IMG/VR virus record: IMGVR_UViG_3300018018_000003
Span: 1,959 to 65,958 of that record
Source: a virus
Taxonomy: Duplodnaviria > Caudoviricetes
Length of the DNA stretch: 64,000 nucleotides
Direction: 5' to 3' (one strand)
Shown here piece after piece: positions 56,543-64,000 of this stretch (its first letter is position 1; each line of letters starts with the position of its first letter). Under the pieces are notes generated by a model. The model saw only the letters and a program-made list of their open reading frames with translations. It made no database searches and was not told the DNA's origin. The position numbers and the translations under genes are program-made.

Positions 56543-57139
56543 ATGGAAGATATAAAAGAAAAAATTGCAGATATTCCGGCCTTCGGCCCTGAATTACCTT
56601 CCCTTTCTCCTGAACTAAGTGAAATATATCAGAACATGAATGATTTTAATAGAAGGTCATTTATTAAAATGTTTCGCTATTTATGGGGTGTTGTGGCTCC
56701 TGCTTCCCGGTTTACGGGGTTTGGCGGCCTGTTATATTCTTATTATGCTGTGGATCTTCTCCGGCTTCGGCTTGATCTTTCCCCCTCTGAACTGTCTATG
56801 CTTTCATTTTTATATAAGGTTACGGACAAAGGCCGCCAAATAATCCACTCATCAAAGGTTTATGCGGCTGATTTATTGCCAAATTTGACGCTACCGGGTA
56901 AAAAATGGCTTCTTTTGGATTTAAAATATAAAGGTTATATAACCAGGACGACACGGGATCCCCGCCCACATTACAAGAAATATCATGCTCCTGTTTTTAT
57001 GTCCCTTTCTCCTGCAGGAGTTCGACTAATAGAAGACTTTGAAACGGACCTTTATAAAATTCTTGTCAATAACTGCCTGAATGATCTGAAGGGTACGACA
57101 AAAAAACCACGCCTGTCTAGACGTGGCAAAATCAGTTAA
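56543..57139 (+). CDS. MarR-like winged-helix protein
   Basis: LSPSEL.ML.FLY, L..KGYI.R, ..LS..G..LI; TAnnTTTG elements at 56496 and 56508; the ORF track uses a TTG start at 56537. Confidence 0.55.
   Translation: MEDIKEKIADIPAFGPELPSLSPELSEIYQNMNDFNRRSFIKMFRYLWGVVAPASRFTGFGGLLYSYYAVDLLRLRLDLSPSELSMLSFLYKVTDKGRQIIHSSKVYAADLLPNLTLPGKKWLLLDLKYKGYITRTTRDPRPHYKKYHAPVFMSLSPAGVRLIEDFETDLYKILVNNCLNDLKGTTKKPRLSRRGKIS
57100..57126 (-). terminator. intrinsic terminator for the short leftward operon
   Basis: CCACG..CGTGG stem followed by T7 on the minus strand. Confidence 0.6.
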
Positions 57140-57164
57140 AAACCTTCCGGTTAATTGATTTTAT

Positions 57165-57368
57165 TTAATTATTAATGGGTGTCTGCTGACTCAACCATAA
57201 ATTTTTTGTTTCCCTGCATTGTTTTAAGGTATTGCCGATGCATGAAAAAAGCCTTCCGTCTGTATGCCGGTAATCATATTGGATAAATTTTTTATGCCGA
57301 TATTCAAAACTTTCATAATGTTCTGTCCCGGCTTCTGTTGTACTACATCCTTTTACATCTGTTTTCAT
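57165..57368 (-). CDS. DUF3873-like protein
   Basis: G.ST...G.E.YE.F, QYDYRHTDG.LFSC....L..CR.....WL. Confidence 0.7.
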   Translation of the reverse strand: MKTDVKGCSTTEAGTEHYESFEYRHKKFIQYDYRHTDGRLFSCIGNTLKQCRETKNLWLSQQTPINN

Positions 57369-57379
57369 TGTCTTGTTTT

Positions 57380-57559
57380 TTACCATTCATTAAAATAATA
57401 CCTGTTTTCCTCCTCGTACACTGCCCGTTCCTCGTCTAGTTCCGCGCACATTGGGCAAATATTTATATCAAGAGGGCTAATTATTTCCTCTTCAATCAGT
57501 TTTTCAAGCTCCCTGGTGATCGGGAACCATGTTCCGCATTGTTTACATTGTGCTTTCAT
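57380..57559 (-). CDS. small zinc-finger protein (59 aa), not in the ORF track
   Basis: hand-translated MKAQCKQCG...ICPMCAE; ATGA-coupled to the upstream ORF. Confidence 0.6.
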   Translation of the reverse strand: MKAQCKQCGTWFPITRELEKLIEEEIISPLDINICPMCAELDEERAVYEEENRYYFNEW

Positions 57560-57753
57560 ACCTTCAAATATTTATCTACGTTTGTTAATCCGAGGATCCC
57601 GACAGTATAAAAACAGCCGTCTGGACTCTGATATAATGGCGTTATTCCGCCAAAACTTTCTACCCGTTTAAAATATTCGGTTCTTTTCTCGCCTGTCATC
57701 AAGTTTTCAATATCGACAGTCAAACCCCAATTTTTAATTTCTTTTGTCTCCAT
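57556..57753 (-). CDS. hypothetical protein
   Basis: operon context. Confidence 0.5.
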   Translation of the reverse strand: METKEIKNWGLTVDIENLMTGEKRTEYFKRVESFGGITPLYQSPDGCFYTVGILGLTNVDKYLKV

Positions 57754-57763
57754 ACCTCTATTA

Positions 57764-57877
57764 TTATAGGGTGAAGGCCGTTAATACTGCCAGGATGATA
57801 AACCCGGCAATCATCAGAACCGCAAATTTAATTAATTGCGCTCTGTCTTCTGATCTTGTTGTTTGTGTGTTTTTCAT
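57764..57877 (-). CDS. 37-aa single-pass membrane peptide, not in the ORF track
   Basis: MKNTQTTRSEDRAQLIKFAVLMIAGFIILAVLTAFTL, first ORF below a promoter. Confidence 0.5.
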   Translation of the reverse strand: MKNTQTTRSEDRAQLIKFAVLMIAGFIILAVLTAFTL

Positions 57878-57922
57878 TGTCTTAAAGTTTAGTTAAACAT
57901 CAATAATACATTAATAACAGAC

Positions 57923-58026
57923 CAAAATTAAAACTAATATTTGAATTGACAAAATATTTTAACATTTATTTTTAATAATTATTTTTAATATTTTCTTGTT
58001 TTATTCATTTATTCATTTTATCTTTG
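57923..58026. promoter_or_regulatory. divergent pair of Bacteroidota-type promoters
   Basis: minus TTTG-N19-TAATTTTG (57923-57953); plus CTTG-N20-TATCTTTG (57995-58026); AT-rich spacer. Confidence 0.75.
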
Positions 58027-58064
58027 ATGCAATTAGTTGAATTATTAATTTAAAATTCTGCGTT

Positions 58065-58343
58065 ATGAAAACTTTGAAAGTAAAAGTAGAACAATTTAGC
58101 GGGAGCAATGGCCCGGTAAAAAACCAAATGATTATCAGGACGGATAAAGGCACGTTTTTCCAGTCCTACAATTCTGTAATTGTATTTGAACCCAGGTCCG
58201 GCAAAACACAGCTTGATAAAAATTTTTGGGATTATTCCAAAACTACGGGCAAATATAGAAATCAGTTTTTAGGCGAAGACAAGAAAGAAACTGAAGCCAA
58301 AATCAAGAACGGGACATATTTATTAACTGATCTTAATAAATAA
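58065..58343 (+). CDS. conserved small phage early protein
   Basis: NQ.II, FQSY.S.I, WDYS.TT.KYRNQFL. Confidence 0.7.
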   Translation: MKTLKVKVEQFSGSNGPVKNQMIIRTDKGTFFQSYNSVIVFEPRSGKTQLDKNFWDYSKTTGKYRNQFLGEDKKETEAKIKNGTYLLTDLNK

Positions 58344-58347
58344 GATT

Positions 58348-58572
58348 ATGACAATTTACGAAATCAAAGAAAGAACCCAGGGCACAGCCCCGTATTTTTT
58401 CACCTCCAAAACATTAAAATTTTTTGGGCAAACAATGAGATCATTCGGAATTAAAAAGCAACCTGACGGCAGATATTATATTTTTGCCAGTATGTACGAT
58501 TATTCGGGCAATTTTGTTGGAAAAACTGAAAGGTATTTTAATCCCGTAACAAACGAACTTGAAAGGGAATAA
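58348..58572 (+). CDS. conserved small phage early protein
   Basis: MTI.EIK......PYFF...T.KFFGQ. Confidence 0.65.
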   Translation: MTIYEIKERTQGTAPYFFTSKTLKFFGQTMRSFGIKKQPDGRYYIFASMYDYSGNFVGKTERYFNPVTNELERE

Positions 58573-58677
58573 TTTTCAGCCGTTGTGGTGTTAATCCGGG
58601 TTCGATCCCCGGAGCGGCACAAACCAGGACAAGCCGAAAACCTGTAAAAGAGTAGGCAAAATTTAAAACACACGACA

Positions 58678-58857
58678 ATGGAAAACGTAAAACTTGAAAA
58701 GAAGGAAAATGTTTTAACGGTAACTATTGACCTATCAAAGACCGGGACCCCCTCCGCCTCTGGTAAAACTATGGTAATAGCTTCAACCAAGGGTAATGTA
58801 AGGATCGAAGCCGGGAAGGATATTTTTATAGGGGTGAATGTTTACCGGACAAGGTAG
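58678..58857 (+). CDS. small conserved protein (59 aa), not in the ORF track
   Basis: hand-translated MENVKLEKKENVLTVTIDLSKTGTPSASGKTMVIASTKGN...GVNVY. Confidence 0.75.
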   Translation: MENVKLEKKENVLTVTIDLSKTGTPSASGKTMVIASTKGNVRIEAGKDIFIGVNVYRTR

Positions 58858-59042
58858 CAAGCCGGCAGGGTACAAACCGGAGGCCAGAAAGACCTCCGGG
58901 GAGCCCTTCCCGATACTGATAACACGATACAAACAATTAAAAGGTATCAGACACTATCAGGGGGCAAAAGTGCCTTAAAAGGGCTTATTTAAGTCCGGTA
59001 ACTCGATACGAAAGAATTATTTTTAATCAAAATCTTAAAAAA

Positions 59043-59870
59043 ATGAAAATTATGAAAACAAAAATTCAAATCAATTCCATTTGGGGTAATCTTTTATTTG
59101 AGTTTGAAAAGGAAAATAATTCAATAAAAGATACTTTAATCGAAGCCTATCTTCGGGGAGCCGATCTCCAGGGAGCCGATCTTCGGGGAGCCGATCTCCA
59201 GGGAGCCTATCTCCAGGGAGCCTATCTCGAGGGAGCCGATCTTCGGGGAGCCTATCTCGAGGGAGCCGATCTTCGGGGAGCCGATCTCCAGGGAGCCTAT
59301 CTCGAGGGAGCCGATCTCCAGGGAGCCTATCTTCGGGGAGCCTATCTTCGGGGAGCCGATCTCCAGGGAGCCGATCTTCGGGGAGCCGATCTCCAGGGAG
59401 CCTATCTCGAGGGAGCCGATCTCCAGGGAGCCGATCTCGAGGGAGCCGATCTTCGGGGAGCCTATCTTCGGGGAGCCTATCTCCAGGGAGCCGATCTTCG
59501 GGGAGCCTATCTCCAGGGAGCCGATCTTAAAAAAACATATTCACAAAATACCATTATGCCAGATGGTGAATTGATTATCTGGAAAAAATTGCAAGATAAT
59601 TTAATAGCCAAACTTCTTATTCCACTTAAAGCAAAGAGAGTAAACGCCATTGGTTCAAGAAAATGCCGTTTTGAATTTGCCAAAGTTATTGCTATTTATG
59701 ACGGCAAAAAGAAAGTTGAAGAGGGAAGGGGATTGTATAATAAAGATTTGATTTATAAGGTTGGAGAAATGGTTTATCCCGATTCTTTTGATGATTCTCC
59801 ACTTATTGAATGTTCTCACGGCATTCATGGATTTATTACAAGAATGGAGGCTGAAAACTTTGATATGTAA
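59043..59870 (+). CDS. pentapeptide-repeat protein with DUF5758-like C-terminal domain
   Basis: 26 GA[DY]L[RQE]-type repeats; KL.IP..A.R......RKCR...AKV, Y.VGE.V.PDSFD.....CS.GIH.F.TR.EA. Confidence 0.9.
   Translation: MKIMKTKIQINSIWGNLLFEFEKENNSIKDTLIEAYLRGADLQGADLRGADLQGAYLQGAYLEGADLRGAYLEGADLRGADLQGAYLEGADLQGAYLRGAYLRGADLQGADLRGADLQGAYLEGADLQGADLEGADLRGAYLRGAYLQGADLRGAYLQGADLKKTYSQNTIMPDGELIIWKKLQDNLIAKLLIPLKAKRVNAIGSRKCRFEFAKVIAIYDGKKKVEEGRGLYNKDLIYKVGEMVYPDSFDDSPLIECSHGIHGFITRMEAENFDM
59142..59531 (+). repeat. 15-bp tandem repeat array, 26 units
   Basis: GGAGCC[G/T]ATCT[TCG/CCA/CGA]G. Confidence 0.95.
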
Positions 59871-59884
59871 AATCGTTTTTTCAA

Positions 59885-60160
59885 ATGGAAGATATAAGAA
59901 TCTTTTTTATTACCTGTCGCTGGTGGCTGTTCGCCGGGATAATTGTAGCCTGTGCGATTGGAATTATTTACAGTTTTATTCAGGATGCTATTTATCAGAG
60001 GGACCCGAAGACGAAAACGCGAGCCAAAATAATTACCGCCCTTATCGTCATCCCGATATTTATTATTGTAGCCTATACGCATAGCAACCATAACAGGGTT
60101 GAGCACATGAACGAGAACACTCTTTATATCGCCCCTGACCCGGAGAACTTTTCAAAGTGA
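59885..60160 (+). CDS. two-TM membrane protein
   Basis: two hydrophobic helices. Confidence 0.55.
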   Translation: MEDIRIFFITCRWWLFAGIIVACAIGIIYSFIQDAIYQRDPKTKTRAKIITALIVIPIFIIVAYTHSNHNRVEHMNENTLYIAPDPENFSK

Positions 60161-60170
60161 TTTTAAGAAA

Positions 60171-60626
60171 ATGAGTATCTTTGCATTTATGGATAAGCCT
60201 GGGATGATAATAAAAAGCTCATTGAGTCCTATTCATATCATAGCAAACGATGATATGGAGATAATTGACTTCCTCTCCGATATGATGGACCGCGAGCCTA
60301 TCCACATGCTCCAACGCTTCGTGGACTTCAGCATGAGGGAAAGCATATCCCTTATTCATAAATCCGATATGGATGATATAACGACAATTATATTTTATAA
60401 GGCTCCTCTGGGCATAAACTACAAGCAGAACAGATTGATGCTTTTTGAATTTTCAGATACAAGGTGGCTGCGGTGGCTCTCAAGCTACTTTCAGCAGTGG
60501 CTCGATACCGTGTCCCCAAAACAGAATAAAGCTCTCTACGGCTTCCTGGATGCTCTTACAGGGCAACTGATATATGAATGGACGCAGGAGGACGAGAAAA
60601 ACACCCTGCAAGACTTCAGGGGTTGA
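60171..60626 (+). CDS. hypothetical protein
   Basis: 151 aa ORF in operon context. Confidence 0.55.
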   Translation: MSIFAFMDKPGMIIKSSLSPIHIIANDDMEIIDFLSDMMDREPIHMLQRFVDFSMRESISLIHKSDMDDITTIIFYKAPLGINYKQNRLMLFEFSDTRWLRWLSSYFQQWLDTVSPKQNKALYGFLDALTGQLIYEWTQEDEKNTLQDFRG

Positions 60627-60710
60627 TGGGATCGGGGAGGTTTTGTGTGTTATCCTTCCCGATTCCTTTTTTTGAGACAAAAACACAAAGTATTTACGAA
60701 TCTTTTAATT

Positions 60711-61145
60711 ATGAAAAAGATGACGATTTTTTTAATTCTGGCACTGATTACACTCCGGCTCTCCGCACCCTCTTCTCAATGCTTATATATTGAGAAAAGC
60801 ACGCAGATTAAAACCATAGATTTAAAATTACTTGCTTTTTATAAGGTAGAAAGCGACTTTCGGACAAAGGTTATCAATTCGCTCGGCTACCGGGGGATCC
60901 TTCAGGAAGGGCAGGAGATAGTCAATGAGGCCAATAAGATCAACGCCAGAAACGGCAACTCGATACGATATACTATTAATGATTGCCTCGACAGCGCAAA
61001 GGCTACAAGCATCTGGTATATAATCCAGGGATATTGGAACCCAGAATATAACCTCCGTAAGGCTGCGAAGATATGGAACCCATTGGCAAGCCCGGAATAT
61101 TACAGACGGATACTCAAGTATTATTATAAACTTAAAAACTCCTGA
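60711..61145 (+). CDS. lytic transglycosylase/lysozyme-like protein with N-terminal signal or anchor
   Basis: hydrophobic N-terminus; VES, G..GILQ, V.E.N.I, D..D..K, A..WN. Confidence 0.6.
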   Translation: MKKMTIFLILALITLRLSAPSSQCLYIEKSTQIKTIDLKLLAFYKVESDFRTKVINSLGYRGILQEGQEIVNEANKINARNGNSIRYTINDCLDSAKATSIWYIIQGYWNPEYNLRKAAKIWNPLASPEYYRRILKYYYKLKNS

Positions 61146-61147
61146 TT

Positions 61148-61417
61148 ATGGTACATTGTCCTTATGAAAAGAATGTAGTTTGCAGTTACCTCGAGAATGA
61201 CGAGGAAAACATTGTCTATTGTTGCGAGAAATGCCCTTACTACAAGCCTCGCAAGCAGCTTATCCCTCCCGATCCCCCCGAAGGGGGTCTGTGCTGTGTT
61301 ATCGTAGCCATGTTTCTTGTATGGTGTATCGTAATCTTATTTTTAGGCATCTTCCATCATTATAAAAGCCATGAAGCATCATCGCATATTAAAGCAAGAC
61401 AAGAGATTGTTAAGTAA
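61148..61417 (+). CDS. Cys-rich small membrane protein
   Basis: CP......C...CC..CP plus one TM helix. Confidence 0.5.
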   Translation: MVHCPYEKNVVCSYLENDEENIVYCCEKCPYYKPRKQLIPPDPPEGGLCCVIVAMFLVWCIVILFLGIFHHYKSHEASSHIKARQEIVK

Positions 61418-61643
61418 GAAGAAGTCTGTCAGGATTGACGGCAGGACTGTTATCTTGGCAGATGCGAACCTGTCCGATGCAGAGGTGCGGGAGAACTACG
61501 CATTAAAGAGAATGTCGTATCTCGCCTTCCGCCCCGGAGCCTCTAATCAACCTGTTAAGCAGGAGTTCAAGGAAGTGCCGGTGGGAGATGTTATGGATCT
61601 CGAAGCTATACTTGATAAAGATAATTTACCTGATGAAAATTAA
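61371..61643 (+). CDS. hypothetical protein
   Basis: K.VRID.RTVI motif; operon context. Confidence 0.55.
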   Translation: MKHHRILKQDKRLLSKKKSVRIDGRTVILADANLSDAEVRENYALKRMSYLAFRPGASNQPVKQEFKEVPVGDVMDLEAILDKDNLPDEN

Positions 61644-61878
61644 GACTATGAAACTAAAAGCTATTTTTGAATGGATTAAGAAGGCTACTCATAAGCCGGA
61701 TAAAGAGGAACGCCCCATTGACAAAGAAGATCCCTATGCTATAATAAAGCATAAAACCAAAAGCCTGGGGTTTCGTCTGAGGGCGCAGCATAATAACCGC
61801 AAAAGAACAAGAGGGCGGAATATCCAGTATGTCCAGGTCGGGGATTCAACAAAACCAATATATCACGGAGCACGATAA
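61633..61878 (+). CDS. small basic protein
   Basis: HNNRK.TRGR..QY...G...K.I.H; start uncertain (61633 or 61648). Confidence 0.5.
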   Translation: MKIKTMKLKAIFEWIKKATHKPDKEERPIDKEDPYAIIKHKTKSLGFRLRAQHNNRKRTRGRNIQYVQVGDSTKPIYHGAR

Positions 61879-61899
61879 AAATCCATGATTGTTGAACAG

Positions 61900-61925
61900 A
61901 AAGGGACCCAATTACGAGTCCCTTT
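61900..61925. terminator. probable bidirectional terminator between convergent operons
   Basis: AAAGGGAC/GTCCCTTT stem. Confidence 0.6.
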
Positions 61926-61948
61926 TCCATAATATCTATATTTGATTG

Positions 61949-62550
61949 TCATTTGATTAAACCATCTCTCATGGCTTTAGCACCCTGAACTAATCCTTCA
62001 TATAAAATTTTATTAAAATTCATATCACCATCTTCAGAAGGAAATGCACATTCATTATAAGCCCATTTCTCAATCATTTCATCTGTTATCTTTTCCGGGG
62101 CTTTACCAAATGGAGTATGAAGTAATTCATCAGAGACATTGTTCATATTCTTAATTATTTCTTCTGCACTCTTTTCCATGGCTTCAGATTTGAGTGAGGC
62201 AAGCTGGCAAACTGATATGTCAAGATAATATTGTTCATCTTCATATCTCACCCATTCTCCCCTTTTATTCCCTCTATTAAAGTCTATTACATAAGAATGT
62301 CTATTCCCCGGTAAAATAGTATAGTCAACTCCGCCTTCGGGCATAACAACAGTATGACCAAGTAAATAACATTGAAACTCCATTATCATATCCTGTTCGC
62401 TTTTCAAATCATCTGACCATGGAATTGCAACCAAATCCAAATCCCTATTCAAACTGCCATGCAAAAGAATAACGCATACATAGCTGGTTTGACATGGATA
62501 GGCTTTGAAGATTCATCCTGCTTTTCTATTATTTTATCACGAGTGTCCAT
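61949..62550 (-). pseudogene. frame-broken nucleotidyltransferase-like gene (HGS..RDLDL family)
   Basis: ATG at 62550 reads MDTRDK...KPAMYALFFCMAV-stop, while the HGSLNRDLDLVAIPW core is in another frame. Confidence 0.5.
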
Positions 62551-62583
62551 AGTGATTCAGTAAATTATAGCCATATTCCTTGG

Positions 62584-62955
62584 CTATTTCCTTGAGTTCA
62601 TATAAGAATTAAGTTTTTTAGAACCTTTAGGTGGGTTAAGAATGATGTTTTTTGTTTCCTCGCTACATTCAATTAATTCGTCCTCTCTATATTTTCTCCA
62701 TCCAGTTGAATTGTCATCTTTACTTATATCGTGTCCGACAATCCATTCAAAGGAAGTTTCTTTAGTTTCATAATTAAACCTCCCCTCTTTTCTCATTGCC
62801 ACTATCCGCTTCGTATAATAAAATATTTGCGAAGTAGTGTAGCAAATCTGAATATAGATTTCCATGATTTTTAATGCTTGTCTTGCATCATCGGGGTCGT
62901 GGTCGTATATACAACTCACAAGATCTCCGACATTGAATTTAGTTTCTGCTTTCAT
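62584..62955 (-). CDS. hypothetical protein
   Basis: TKFNVGD.V N-terminus common in phage ORFs. Confidence 0.6.
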   Translation of the reverse strand: MKAETKFNVGDLVSCIYDHDPDDARQALKIMEIYIQICYTTSQIFYYTKRIVAMRKEGRFNYETKETSFEWIVGHDISKDDNSTGWRKYREDELIECSEETKNIILNPPKGSKKLNSYMNSRK

Positions 62956-63144
62956 CTTTCGTTATATTAGTTATTACTCTTACATAATTAAAATCTATCT
63001 TTATCATGTTCTTCAATAAATCTTTTCATGGCAGTAGTAAAGTCTTTTTTATACTCACCAGATTGAAGATATTCATTATACCTGTCGGCAAGAATTTTAT
63101 GCTTTAAATGTCTTGCTCTTTTGCGTTTGCGATATGTAAATTGA

Positions 63145-63414
63145 TTACTCATCTTTCTTGTCTGATAGGGATATAAAAAGTTCTCCTGAAATAACTTGAG
63201 TATATGGAAGTCCTGTAATATCAGATTTGATTTGTTGAATTGCCACATCTCCCTGTGATACTCTTAACATTTGAAGATATTTTTTAAGAGGAAATCTTTT
63301 ATCTGAATCTTTGCTCGGCTGAAACTGCGAGGAGTTATCATTCAGTTCTGTAAATACTGTCTTGCCACAATGCGGGCAGATAGTTGCTTTAAGATTTGGC
63401 TCTTTTTTATTCAT
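63145..63414 (-). CDS. small CxxC protein
   Basis: ICPHCGK. Confidence 0.45.
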   Translation of the reverse strand: MNKKEPNLKATICPHCGKTVFTELNDNSSQFQPSKDSDKRFPLKKYLQMLRVSQGDVAIQQIKSDITGLPYTQVISGELFISLSDKKDE

Positions 63415-63434
63415 TGTCTCTTGGTTTTAAATAG

Positions 63435-63710
63435 TTATTTCATTTTGCCACACTTACCACAAAAAACATATCCATCGGCTTCTGTGTCGGGGTATTGTTC
63501 AGAAGAATTGACAGGAAGAAGATACCAGTCAACACATAATAACCAATGGAATGAGTTATCTCCAAAATAAATCGCAACTGTTAATTCTTTATACCCTCTA
63601 TTTGGATCAGTTGTATTATTTTTATTCTCACAAACAAAATATTCACCATTTTCTTTTGGTAAATCATCTTTTGACTTGATAAAAACCTGTTTAAACATTT
63701 GCTCTTTCAT
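63435..63710 (-). CDS. hypothetical protein
   Basis: DLPK..G.Y.V motif; C-terminal CGKCG. Confidence 0.55.
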   Translation of the reverse strand: MKEQMFKQVFIKSKDDLPKENGEYFVCENKNNTTDPNRGYKELTVAIYFGDNSFHWLLCVDWYLLPVNSSEQYPDTEADGYVFCGKCGKMK

Positions 63711-64000
63711 AATTTATATTTTTTATAAGCCTTCAATACTTCTTTTGTTAGATATTCCCTGCAAATATTTGCTGTCGCTAATTGATTAGTCTTTTTTGCA
63801 GCAGCATCAGCAGCAGCATCAGCATCAGCAGCAGCAGCATAAGCAGCAGCAGCAGCATAAGCAGCATAAGCAGCAGCAGCAGCAGCATTCCTTAATTGTT
63901 CATCATTGATATTACCTTCCCCATAATCAATGGCAGCCTTAACTGCATCTTTACTTCTCTGATCTTTCATCAGATGCAATACTGTTTCTGCACATTTCCC
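63707..64000 (-). CDS. Imm5-like Ala-rich phage protein, 5' end outside the window
   Basis: C.ETV.HLM.D.RS..A..AA...G.G followed by an A/Y/D low-complexity tract; the frame is open to the window edge. Confidence 0.65.
   Translation of the reverse strand, partial: GKCAETVLHLMKDQRSKDAVKAAIDYGEGNINDEQLRNAAAAAAYAAYAAAAAYAAAADADAAADAAAKKTNQLATANICREYLTKEVLKAYKKYKL
63798..63887. repeat. GCA-based microsatellite encoding poly-Ala with Tyr/Asp interruptions
   Basis: (GCA)n with TAA/TCA interruptions on the plus strand. Confidence 0.9.

Noticed and set aside
58579-58618. Complete tRNA gene
   Set aside because: No D arm or anticodon arm; reported only as a minihelix-like element.
59142-59531. CRISPR array
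   Set aside because: The units are contiguous 15-bp coding repeats with no spacers and no cas genes.

Overview
The window is most of a tailed dsDNA phage genome with a crAss-like (podovirus-type) structural module. The host is very probably a Bacteroidota species: TTTG-N19/20-TAnnTTTG promoters recur and Shine-Dalgarno motifs are largely absent. The standard genetic code is used. From 56 kb leftward the minus strand carries: a small FN3/DUF6734/metallophosphoesterase operon; tRNA-Thr; an HNH/rep-like cassette; nucleotide-pool genes, a tandem GroES and a DNA methyltransferase; an 11-gene glycan-synthesis cluster; terminase, portal, scaffold and major capsid; fibre/spike genes; a lysis cassette; ring/tail-tube genes; a fragmented tail stabilisation gene; three ejection proteins; and a replication/recombination module (primase-helicase, GroES, YqaJ, RusA, DUF3127, RecT-like). 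56-64 kb holds small early-type genes. The strongest observations are: (1) the tail stabilisation gene is split over three ORFs and carries nested adhesin-type inserts, at least two of which look circularly permuted; (2) a large glycosylation cluster sits directly upstream of terL; (3) a XerCD dif-like site plus a second half-site lies next to the probable packaging/terminal region; (4) tRNA-Thr(UGU) has C33 and a structured upstream RNA. All family assignments come from recognising motifs by eye, not from database searches.
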